Below are positions 9,917-17,928 of a DNA stretch of 64,000 nucleotides, one piece after another. Origin of the DNA: Parcubacteria group bacterium Athens0714_12. Lineage in GTDB: Bacteria > Patescibacteriota > Patescibacteriia > UBA2591 > VMGY01. The DNA lies in NCBI GenBank assembly GCA_007378955.1, contig VMGY01000001.1:38804-102803 (forward strand), written 5' to 3'. The notes below the pieces were generated by a model that saw nothing but the letters and a program-made list of their open reading frames with translations, ran no database searches and was not told the DNA's origin. Position 1 is the first letter of the stretch. Each line of letters opens with the position of its first letter. The position numbers and the translations under genes were made by a program.

Positions 9917-10777
9917 TTACTTCTTAAAAGGAATTTCAATGAAATTTCCGTTATCAATTTCAACTTTGATTGTCTGCTTTAAAATATTTCTTCCCACCAC
10001 CTTGCCTTTCCCTTTTTCTGTTTTTATGATACTGCCGAGAGCGGGAAGATTATTAGCTAATTCTTTATACATTGGCTCGTTATAAGCCAAACAGCAATAT
10101 AATCTGCCGCAAGAGCCGGACAAACGTTCAGCGCCCCGATGATTTAATTGCTGGTCAAAAATAAAATCCGTGCTGATATTGCCTAAATTTTTTAAAAACT
10201 TAAGGCAGCATAACTCTCTTCCGCAAGGTCCGATTCCTCCCATTATTTTCGCTTCTTCGCGCACTCCTATCTGTTGCAACCTGATTGACTTATGAAAAAT
10301 ACCGGTTAATTCCTTGACTAAGTTTCTAAAATCAATTCTTTCCGGAGCCGTAAAAGCGAAAGTTATCCTTCCGCCGTCAAAAGAAAATTTAACATCTATT
10401 AATTTAGCTGGTAAATTATATTTTTTTATTAGATTTCGGCAAGTTTTTAAAGTTTCCGCTCTGTTTTTATTTCTAAAATTAACTTTTTCTATGTCGCTTA
10501 AATTCGCTTTTCTTAAAATTGGCTTTAATTCTTTGATAGCTTTAAAATTTTCAATGCTTTTTATTCCTATTATTTCCCCTATTTCTATTCCTAATTCAGT
10601 CTTAACAATTACCTGGTCGCTTGTCTTTAATTTATGACTATCGGAATTAAAATTATAAATTTTATCCCACGGCGCAAATTGAACCTGAATTACCTTCGCC
10701 TCGCTGGAAATTTTTTGTTGCTGGAACATAAAAGCGAGCTTATAAATTTTAAAGAGGTTATAAGCTAAATTTGACAA
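9917..10777 (-). CDS. PSP1 C-terminal domain protein (YaaT/RicT-like)
   Basis: Contains the Cys clusters 'GPCGRELCCLKF' and 'GSCGRLYCCLAYNEP'. The start may instead be the internal Met at about 10729, because the annotated start overlaps tsf by 20 nt. Confidence 0.6.
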   Translation of the reverse strand: MSNLAYNLFKIYKLAFMFQQQKISSEAKVIQVQFAPWDKIYNFNSDSHKLKTSDQVIVKTELGIEIGEIIGIKSIENFKAIKELKPILRKANLSDIEKVNFRNKNRAETLKTCRNLIKKYNLPAKLIDVKFSFDGGRITFAFTAPERIDFRNLVKELTGIFHKSIRLQQIGVREEAKIMGGIGPCGRELCCLKFLKNLGNISTDFIFDQQLNHRGAERLSGSCGRLYCCLAYNEPMYKELANNLPALGSIIKTEKGKGKVVGRNILKQTIKVEIDNGNFIEIPFKK

Positions 10778-11348
10778 ATCTTTTCACTTGAATATTTTCA
10801 CCAAGCTTGGCAATCGCTTGTTTGATTAGTTCTTCAATCGTAATTTTGTCTTCTTTTATAAACGGCTGTTTTAATAAGCAAACTTCCTGATAATATTTTT
10901 GCAGTTTGCCCTGCATAATTTTATCAAGCATATTTTCCGGCTTGCCTTCCTTCAATAATTGCTCTTTGTAAATCTCTTTTTCTTTTTCTATCTCTTTAGC
11001 GGGGATATCTTCAAGGCTTAAATATTTAGGATTGGCCGCGACGACCTGCATTGCTAAATTATGAACCAATTTCTTAAATTCTTCATTTCGAGCGACAAAA
11101 TCCGTTTCGCAATTTACTTCTATTAAAGACGCTATTTTATTATTACTATGCATATAACTTCCAATCAATCCTTCTTTAACTGTTCGGCTTGATTTTTTTT
11201 CAACTATTTTTTGCCCTTGTTTTCTCAAAATTTCTATTGCTTTGTCAATGTCGCCGCCGGCTTGTTCTAAAGCATTTTTACAATCCAATATCGCAGCGCC
11301 TGTTTTTTCCCTAAGTTGTTTAATTGTTTCCGCGCTAATCATATTCAT
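10758..11348 (-). CDS. tsf: Elongation factor Ts (short form)
   Basis: Begins with a UBA-like N-terminus 'IKQLREKTGAAILDCKNAL' and contains 'CETDFVARNEEF'. It lies downstream of rpsB, as in the conserved rpsB-tsf pair. Confidence 0.85.
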   Translation of the reverse strand: MNMISAETIKQLREKTGAAILDCKNALEQAGGDIDKAIEILRKQGQKIVEKKSSRTVKEGLIGSYMHSNNKIASLIEVNCETDFVARNEEFKKLVHNLAMQVVAANPKYLSLEDIPAKEIEKEKEIYKEQLLKEGKPENMLDKIMQGKLQKYYQEVCLLKQPFIKEDKITIEELIKQAIAKLGENIQVKRFVKFSL

Positions 11349-11459
11349 TATACTTAAAAATAAATTTTAAATTTTTATTTCATTCTGATTGAGCGATTTC
11401 AAAGAATCCCATTTTTATCCCGCGGGTTCCTTCAGTCGTCTGCCAGCTGGCGGACTCCT

Positions 11460-12167
11460 TTAGGATGACGCCTCAGGAGTCACTTTCCTTCCTTCTTCTA
11501 TCGCCTGCGCCACCAAGTTAGTAATCATCTCTACTGACTTTATGGCGTCGTCATTCGCCGGAATGGGATAAACAGCTTCTTCGGGATTGCAATTTGTATC
11601 CACAATGCCAATCGTGGGGAGTTTTAATTTTTTTGCTTCTCTAATCGCGGTCTTTTCATCCTTGGTGTCAAGCATAAAAATAGCTTCCGGAAGTTTGTCT
11701 AAATTTTTAATGCCTTTGATTACTTTATTTAATTTTTCTATTTCCGTATTAAATTTACTCTGTTCTTTTTTCGCGTACTTCGCGAATTCCCCTTTTTCTT
11801 TTTTATTTTCCAAATCTTTTAATTTTTTTATCAAACGGGAAATAACCGAGAAATTAGTCATTGTGCCTCCGATCCATTTTTCATTGATATAAGGCATATT
11901 GACTTTTTCGGCGTATTTTTTAGTAACTTCTTTAATCGTCTTTTTTGTCCCTAAAAATAAAATCACGCCGTTTTTTTCCATCACTTCTTTTACAAAATCC
12001 AAAGCTTCTTTTAATTTTTCCTGGGTTTTTTCCAAATTAATAAGATGCACCGTATTTTTAACGGTGTAAATATATGGCTCCATTTTTGGATGCCACTTGG
12101 AGGTGCGATGCCCGAAGTGGACGCCGGCCTTTATCATTTCTAATAAACTCGGTATTTTTATTGGCAT
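11460..12167 (-). CDS. rpsB: 30S ribosomal protein S2
   Basis: 'LEMIKAGVHFGHRTSKWHPKMEPYI', with 'GIVDTNCNP' near the C-terminus. Confidence 0.92.
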   Translation of the reverse strand: MPIKIPSLLEMIKAGVHFGHRTSKWHPKMEPYIYTVKNTVHLINLEKTQEKLKEALDFVKEVMEKNGVILFLGTKKTIKEVTKKYAEKVNMPYINEKWIGGTMTNFSVISRLIKKLKDLENKKEKGEFAKYAKKEQSKFNTEIEKLNKVIKGIKNLDKLPEAIFMLDTKDEKTAIREAKKLKLPTIGIVDTNCNPEEAVYPIPANDDAIKSVEMITNLVAQAIEEGRKVTPEASS

Positions 12168-12260
12168 ATTATTAAAATATTATGGCATTATGAAAACATT
12201 GTCAAGCTAAAATCGCGGCTGTAAAATAAAAAGAGCCGTTCTTTTTGTCAAATGAAATGA

Positions 12261-12289
12261 TTGACTTAAAAACGATTTTATACTAAGAT
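12261..12289 (+). promoter_or_regulatory. Candidate sigma70-like promoter for rpmE (TTGACT-17-TAAGAT)
   Basis: The -35 is TTGACT at 12261-12266, followed by a 17-nt spacer and the -10 TAAGAT at 12284-12289, 31 nt upstream of the rpmE ATG. Confidence 0.4.
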
Positions 12290-12319
12290 TGGAATTAGAA
12301 TTATTAAATTTTTAAAAAT

Positions 12320-12568
12320 ATGAAAAAAGACACGCACCCGACTTATTACCCTGACGCGAAAATTATCTGCGCTTGCGGCAACACTTTAACCACAGGAAGC
12401 ACGCTTAAAGAAATCCGCGTGGAAATTTGTTCCAAATGCCATCCTTTTTTTACGGGAAAACAAAAATTGGTTGACACGGCCAAGCGAGTGGACAGATTTA
12501 AAAAATTGATGGAAAAAAGGGAGGAAATCAGGAAGAAAGTAAAAGGCAAATCTCCAAAAAAATCCTAA
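12320..12568 (+). CDS. rpmE: 50S ribosomal protein L31
   Basis: '[10 protein letters not shown]', with a CxC...CxxCHPF zinc ribbon. Confidence 0.9.
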   Translation: MKKDTHPTYYPDAKIICACGNTLTTGSTLKEIRVEICSKCHPFFTGKQKLVDTAKRVDRFKKLMEKREEIRKKVKGKSPKKS

Positions 12569-12574
12569 ATTCGA

Positions 12575-12593
12575 TCCTGAACTTGATTCAGGA
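12575..12593 (+). terminator. Hairpin downstream of rpmE
   Basis: TCCTGAA-cttga-TTCAGGA directly after the rpmE stop. The T-tract is weak. Confidence 0.35.
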
Positions 12594-12725
12594 CTAAATC
12601 CCAAACAAATCCAAAATCCAAATAACCAAAATTCAAAACAAAAAACTATTTTTTGTCATTTGAATTTATAATTTAAAATTTATTTAGGGTTTAGATATTA
12701 GGATTTAGAATTTGTTTATAATAAT

Positions 12726-13601
12726 ATGCCTGACATCAAAGAATTAGAAAAAAAAATAGAAGAACTGGGAAACGCATTCCAGGACCCTTCTATTTGCAGT
12801 AACCCGCAAAAAATCCAGCGGCTTTCCCAGGAATACAACAAAGCGAAAGAAGAATTAAAAAAACTCAAAGGAAGAGAAGATAAAAATGTGATCATAGAAA
12901 TCAGGGCCGGTGTCGGCGGCGACGAAGCGGAATTATTTGCCGCCGAACTTTTTAGAATGTATAACCGATACAGCCAAAATAAAAACTGGAAAATCCGGAT
13001 CATGAACAGCAATAAAACCCCTTTGGAAGGATTTAAGGAAATAACTTTTGAAATTTCCGGCTCTAAAGTCTACGACAATTTAAAATACGAATCCGGCGTT
13101 CATCGGGTGCAAAGAATTCCCGCCACGGAAAAAAATGGCAGAATCCACACTTCAACCGTCAGTGTGGCTGTATTGCCCGAAGCTTCTTCGGTGGATATTC
13201 AAATTGACCCGAAAGATTTAAGAGTTGACACTTTCTGCGCTTCCGGACACGGCGGCCAAAGCGTTAATACCACTTATTCAGCAGTCAGAATTACCCACTT
13301 GCCTACTAATCTAGTTGTCGGCTGCCAAGATGAAAGATCTCAAAGACAGAATAAGGATAAGGCGATGATTGTTTTAATGACAAAATTATTATCCTTGGAA
13401 GAAGAAAAAAAACAAAAAGAAGAAGCGCAAAAAAGAAAAGAACAAATCGGCACGGCCATGAGAGCGGAAAAAACAAGAACTTATAATTTTCCCCAGGACC
13501 GAATCACCGACCACCGAATACAACAAAGTTGGCACGGCATAGAACAAATTATGGAAGGAAATTTAGACCCGATTATAGAAAAATTAAAAAATACAAATTA
13601 A
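12726..13601 (+). CDS. prfA: Peptide chain release factor 1, N-terminally short (291 aa)
   Basis: Carries the GGQ motif ('SGHGGQSVNTT') and the RF1 tripeptide 'PAT' ('RIPATEKNG'). It lacks about 65 aa of N-terminal domain 1 relative to E. coli RF1. Confidence 0.85.
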   Translation: MPDIKELEKKIEELGNAFQDPSICSNPQKIQRLSQEYNKAKEELKKLKGREDKNVIIEIRAGVGGDEAELFAAELFRMYNRYSQNKNWKIRIMNSNKTPLEGFKEITFEISGSKVYDNLKYESGVHRVQRIPATEKNGRIHTSTVSVAVLPEASSVDIQIDPKDLRVDTFCASGHGGQSVNTTYSAVRITHLPTNLVVGCQDERSQRQNKDKAMIVLMTKLLSLEEEKKQKEEAQKRKEQIGTAMRAEKTRTYNFPQDRITDHRIQQSWHGIEQIMEGNLDPIIEKLKNTN

Positions 13602-13604
13602 TAA

Positions 13605-13642
13605 ATAAAAAAAGGATTCGCGCTGATGCAAATCCTTTTTTT
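13605..13642. terminator. Bidirectional rho-independent terminator between prfA and the convergent minus-strand gene
   Basis: AAAAAAAGGATTcgcgctgatgcAAATCCTTTTTTT has a stem flanked by A and T runs on both sides. Confidence 0.7.
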
Positions 13643-13649
13643 ATTTATT

Positions 13650-14711
13650 TTAATAACTGATAATTTTTTCATCAGGCGCCACCTCAACCCAAGTTATCCC
13701 TCGGTTAAACTTGATTTCCCGGCCATTTTCATCAAAAAAATTAGTCCTGTCGCCTTTTCTGAATTTTTGCCAAGTTCCTTTAATTACTCCTCCATCCTGA
13801 AAAATAAAAGCATTCCCCTCTCCGATAATTTTTATTTCCTTTCTCCCTTCTTTGTCAAGAATTGTTGTTTTTGCCGTTTGAACAATAATATTTTTTGCCC
13901 TGATTTGTTTTTCATCTTCTTCTAAATATATCTTATTCTCTTGTTCCCGCAGATAATCATTTTTTTCCGCGTCATATTTCCATTTTACTTGATATTCAGG
14001 ATAAGAATATTCAATCGCCAAATCTTTGCCTTTTATAGGGCGATTTTCTGGATTCAAATCTTCTTTGAATTGCCAAGAGCTTAATTCCGACGGCTTGGCT
14101 CCTTTTTCTTTTAACGCTCTTTGAAAAAGATCGGATGAAGTATAAACATTAAAAGGAGCTTTTTTTGTTTTTAAGCGCCAAAAATATTGCGCGTTAAAAA
14201 ATTGGTCTAAATTATACAAGCTGTATTCTTTATTTTTAAGCGATTCAAGCGCCGCCGGACTTCCGCCGACATGCATAAATAAAGACCCGTACTCTTCCGA
14301 TAAATCCAAAAAATAAGGTCTGGCGCTTCTGACAGGCCCGATTTTTATTACTTCTTTATCAGGCGTGTAAAAAGCCAAAAAACGAGTGATTCCCGCTTCA
14401 GTTAAAAATTCATAAACCAAATTTGCTTCGCTTAAACCGCTTAAAGGCCTGGATTCCGTAAAATTATCTATCACGATTCCTATCAAGTAAGGATTTACTT
14501 CTTCCTTATTTTCCACTTCTACGCCGTCCAAAGAGCGATAAAATTTATCTTCTTTTTTTTCAATTTCGGCAGATTGGATTAGATGATTATCGCCAAAGCC
14601 AACAGCTGTTTCTTTGTTTCTAAAAATAAAATAGCCGCTAAAAAAGGCTATTGAAACTAAAATCAAAAAAACCGGAATTAAAAATAAATATTTATTCTTT
14701 GATGAGCGCAT
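13650..14711 (-). CDS. Hypothetical membrane-anchored extracytoplasmic protein (DUF3048-like)
   Basis: Has an N-terminal TM helix. The 'GPVRSARPYFLDL' region resembles DUF3048 lipoproteins; this is from memory only. Confidence 0.4.
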   Translation of the reverse strand: MRSSKNKYLFLIPVFLILVSIAFFSGYFIFRNKETAVGFGDNHLIQSAEIEKKEDKFYRSLDGVEVENKEEVNPYLIGIVIDNFTESRPLSGLSEANLVYEFLTEAGITRFLAFYTPDKEVIKIGPVRSARPYFLDLSEEYGSLFMHVGGSPAALESLKNKEYSLYNLDQFFNAQYFWRLKTKKAPFNVYTSSDLFQRALKEKGAKPSELSSWQFKEDLNPENRPIKGKDLAIEYSYPEYQVKWKYDAEKNDYLREQENKIYLEEDEKQIRAKNIIVQTAKTTILDKEGRKEIKIIGEGNAFIFQDGGVIKGTWQKFRKGDRTNFFDENGREIKFNRGITWVEVAPDEKIISY

Positions 14712-14810
14712 TTTTAATTAATCTAATCGAGTTCCAATAATTAAATAGTTGGTAATCAAAAGATTAAGCTGATTATTGAAACTTAAAATTTATTAAGAAA
14801 TTAGTATGTT

Positions 14811-15470
14811 TTATTTCTTGTCTTTTTTAGTTGGTTCGGCTTCTTTCTTTTCTTCTGTTTTTTCTTCAGTTGCTTCCGCTTTTACCTCTTCAACAACTTC
14901 TGCTTCTACTTTTACTTCCTCCGCTCTTGGCGGAAGAACCAAGACCACGGTTTCGTCTTCTTTTTCCAAAACTTTGATTTTTTCCGGAATAGCAAGATCT
15001 TTCACCTTGATTGAATCTTCAAAAGTATTTAATTTGGAAATGTCCACTTTAATATTATGGATTAAATTTTCAGGCAAGCATTCTATCTTTATTTTATTTA
15101 AATTTTTAACTAAAACGCCTTTTAATTCTTTAACCGCTTTTGATTCTCCGACAAATTCTAACTCCACTTCCACATTAACCTTTTCGCCTTTTTTAATCTG
15201 ATAAAAATCAATATGATTTAAGACATTGGAAAGATAATCTTTTTTAATGTCATAAATTAAAGCTTTGACGGATTCCTTATCATCTATCTTTAAATCAATT
15301 ATGGTGTTTTCTCCGGCTTCTTCGTAAATTTTTTTGAAATCTAAAAAATTAACCTGTAAAATTTTAGGCTCTACCTTATGGCCATAAAGAACAGCGGGGA
15401 TAATATTTTTTTTCCTTAATGTTTTTACGTTTTTTCCTTTGATGATTCTTGCCGCGGCATTTAATTCCAT
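14811..15470 (-). CDS. rplY: 50S ribosomal protein L25/general stress protein Ctc, with an E/K-rich C-terminal tail
   Basis: 'IPAVLYGHKVEP...NVEVELEFVGE' matches the L25 family. The tail reads EEVKVEAEVVEEVKAE...KKDKK. Confidence 0.8.
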   Translation of the reverse strand: MELNAAARIIKGKNVKTLRKKNIIPAVLYGHKVEPKILQVNFLDFKKIYEEAGENTIIDLKIDDKESVKALIYDIKKDYLSNVLNHIDFYQIKKGEKVNVEVELEFVGESKAVKELKGVLVKNLNKIKIECLPENLIHNIKVDISKLNTFEDSIKVKDLAIPEKIKVLEKEDETVVLVLPPRAEEVKVEAEVVEEVKAEATEEKTEEKKEAEPTKKDKK

Positions 15471-15529
15471 AAATAAAATTATTAATTTTTAAACTGAAGA
15501 TAACATCACTTTTTAATTATATATAAAAA

Positions 15530-16648
15530 TCAAAAATTGTCAACGCTGGCGGTTTTATGCAAGAGAATGCTCTCTAAAATGCCGAACATTATTAAAGTGG
15601 TAATTAAAGAGCTTCCGCCGTAACTCAATAACGGCAAAGGAATGCCGACAATAGGGACCATGCCCATATTCATACCGATATTGATGACTATCTGAATTAT
15701 AAAAATGGAAGCAAATCCTAAAATTAAAATCAAAGCAAAATCATCATAAGCCGACTTAGTCAAAACCATCAAGCGGTAAAACAAAATTAAATAAAAAATT
15801 AAAACCAAGGAAACGCCCGCCAAGCCCATTTCTTCGGCGATAACGCTAAAAACAAAATCCGTTTTGGTTTGGGGCAAAAAACGAAGCTGGCTTTGCGGCC
15901 CCAAGCCCAATCCTCGGCCGAAAAGTTTTCCCGAGCCGACGGCGATAATAGATTGGGTAATTTGATATCCCCGGCCAAAAGGGTCTTCTTGCGGATTCAG
16001 ATAAGTTAAAATTCTTCCTTTTTGATAATCTTTTAATAAAAAATTCCAGGTGGACAAAAAAATCAGCGCGGCTAAAATTAAAATCCAAATAAGATGCTTG
16101 ATTTTGCGGTCAATGGCTAATAAAATCAAAAACCAAGTTGCTAATAAAATAGAAGCCGAGCCGAAGTCCGGCTGTAAAAGCACTAAGATAAAAGGCGGCA
16201 GAACCAAAAGTCCGCTTAAAATTATTTCCTTGAAATAAATTCCATTTTTAATTTTAGCGCTCCAAAATTTAGCCAGAGATATGACTAAAATTATTTTAGC
16301 CAACTCCACCGCTTGAAAATTGAAAGGCCCGAGAGCCAGCCAGCCCTTTGTCCCCCTTAAAGTGATGCCTATAAATAATATTAAAACTAAAATAATTAAA
16401 AGAATAAAATATAAAAGATGGGAATGCGCCTTGAAATTGCGGTAATCAATAAAACTCAATAAAAAAAATAAAGCTATTCCTAAAATAGCGAAAATAAGCT
16501 GGTGGTTAAAGGAAGTGAAATCATTCTGCTCCAGCCCCAAGCAAAGAGTGTATTGGATGGCCAAGCTGATGGAAATTAAAATAAAAACAATAAGGAATAA
16601 AGACCAGTCAAAAGATTTAAAAAAAGAAAAATATTTTTTCAAAAACAT
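15530..16648 (-). CDS. SEDS-family peptidoglycan polymerase (FtsW/RodA)
   Basis: Has about ten TM segments and the SEDS motifs 'QPDFGSA' and 'KTDFVFSVIAEEMGLAG'. Confidence 0.85.
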   Translation of the reverse strand: MFLKKYFSFFKSFDWSLFLIVFILISISLAIQYTLCLGLEQNDFTSFNHQLIFAILGIALFFLLSFIDYRNFKAHSHLLYFILLIILVLILFIGITLRGTKGWLALGPFNFQAVELAKIILVISLAKFWSAKIKNGIYFKEIILSGLLVLPPFILVLLQPDFGSASILLATWFLILLAIDRKIKHLIWILILAALIFLSTWNFLLKDYQKGRILTYLNPQEDPFGRGYQITQSIIAVGSGKLFGRGLGLGPQSQLRFLPQTKTDFVFSVIAEEMGLAGVSLVLIFYLILFYRLMVLTKSAYDDFALILILGFASIFIIQIVINIGMNMGMVPIVGIPLPLLSYGGSSLITTLIMFGILESILLHKTASVDNF

Positions 16649-16666
16649 AAAGCGCTCCTTATCTGT

Positions 16667-17485
16667 TTATTCCGCCTTGATCGGCATAAAATTATTCTCG
16701 TCTAAAATATTTACTTCCGGTTCTATAATTGCTCGGGTAAAGTAAGGGAAGTCGCCCTGAAAAGGAATTTCAATCAATCTCTCTTGGCCGGATAAAAATT
16801 TATTGGCTGGAATTTTATTAACCGCCGAAACTTTATCGCCTTGATAAAGAATGCTCTTGAAATAAACCGTCCAAAAATTATAAGCTGAATTATTTTTAAC
16901 TTGAAAAGAGATTCTTTTCAAGGACGGGTTGGAAGAAATATCTTTAACCGCGAAATCCGAAGATTTAAAATCAGGAATTTTATTTTTGGCAGTTATTCTT
17001 TTCCACCCGACTTCTAAAAATTCCAAATTTAAACCTTTCGGTTCAATATCGCTTTTTATGTTTAAAACTAAAAGAAATTTTTTTTCTTGGGCTAAAATAA
17101 AAGTTGACTGCCCTGCCTCCCTGCCCTCCCAAAAAAATCTATAATCCAAACGAGAAACCGCCCACTTGTTATTAGGGTTGTTTATTTGGGCGACTAAATC
17201 GTATCTTGAATTTCCCAATGGAATGAAAGAAATATCAGAAATCTCCAAAGGCAAAAAATCATTTTTTGAATGAATGGCTTGCCAATCAATAAAATTTTGC
17301 CCTATTTCTTCCATAGACTGCTGGAACTTGACTGTTTCTTGGGCATAACGAAACCACTTATAAATATTTATCCCCCACAAAAAAACGCTTAAAATTATTA
17401 AAAATAAAACCCAAGCCATTTTTAAGCGCTGTTTATTGGCGATTAGCCAATAATTTATCTTTAATTGTGTTTTTGATATATTCAT
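16667..17485 (-). CDS. Hypothetical membrane-anchored protein
   Basis: Has an N-terminal TM helix and no recognisable motif. Confidence 0.35.
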   Translation of the reverse strand: MNISKTQLKINYWLIANKQRLKMAWVLFLIILSVFLWGINIYKWFRYAQETVKFQQSMEEIGQNFIDWQAIHSKNDFLPLEISDISFIPLGNSRYDLVAQINNPNNKWAVSRLDYRFFWEGREAGQSTFILAQEKKFLLVLNIKSDIEPKGLNLEFLEVGWKRITAKNKIPDFKSSDFAVKDISSNPSLKRISFQVKNNSAYNFWTVYFKSILYQGDKVSAVNKIPANKFLSGQERLIEIPFQGDFPYFTRAIIEPEVNILDENNFMPIKAE

Positions 17486-17528
17486 AATTTTATTATATCA
17501 CATTTTTATTGTTTGTTAATTATTGTTG

Positions 17529-17537
17529 TGGTATACT
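17529..17537 (+). promoter_or_regulatory. Candidate extended -10 element (TGnTATACT) upstream of the small ORF
   Basis: TGGTATACT lies 45 nt upstream of the ATG at 17582. A weak -35 (TTGTTT) sits about 17 nt further upstream. Confidence 0.3.
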
Positions 17538-17581
17538 ATTATTATATTAACAAAGGTCTTTTTAAAATAATTTAAATTATT

Positions 17582-17869
17582 ATGCTCCAAACATCTCAAG
17601 ATTTGCTCTTTATCGTAATCGCCATCTCCGTCTTATGGCTTACTGTCTTTCTATCCATCATTCTTTACTATTTTTTTGTTATTGTCAGGCAGAGCTCTAA
17701 AATTATAAAAGAATGGGGGAATAGATTTAAAAAAATTGATGAAATTATTAATTTAATCAAAGAAAAAATCGGCCACCCTGCCGCTTCATTCGTAATGCTG
17801 GCTGAAGGAATTAAACAGATAATAAATTTTTTGAAAATCAAACGGCAAACGAAGAAAAAGAGCAAATGA
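17582..17869 (+). CDS. Hypothetical small membrane protein
   Basis: 95 aa with one TM helix and a basic C-terminus. Confidence 0.3.
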   Translation: MLQTSQDLLFIVIAISVLWLTVFLSIILYYFFVIVRQSSKIIKEWGNRFKKIDEIINLIKEKIGHPAASFVMLAEGIKQIINFLKIKRQTKKKSK

Positions 17870-17928
17870 ATTTCTATTGAATGGATTTTTATTAGACATT
17901 AAAAATTTGGCATTAGACATTTTTATAT

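Noticed and set aside
17880-17925. The direct repeat ATTAGACATT (x2) upstream of dnaE as DnaA boxes or oriC
   Set aside because: The sequence does not match TTATCCACA. No dnaA gene or AT-rich DUE-plus-box cluster is present, so it is left as an unexplained short direct repeat.
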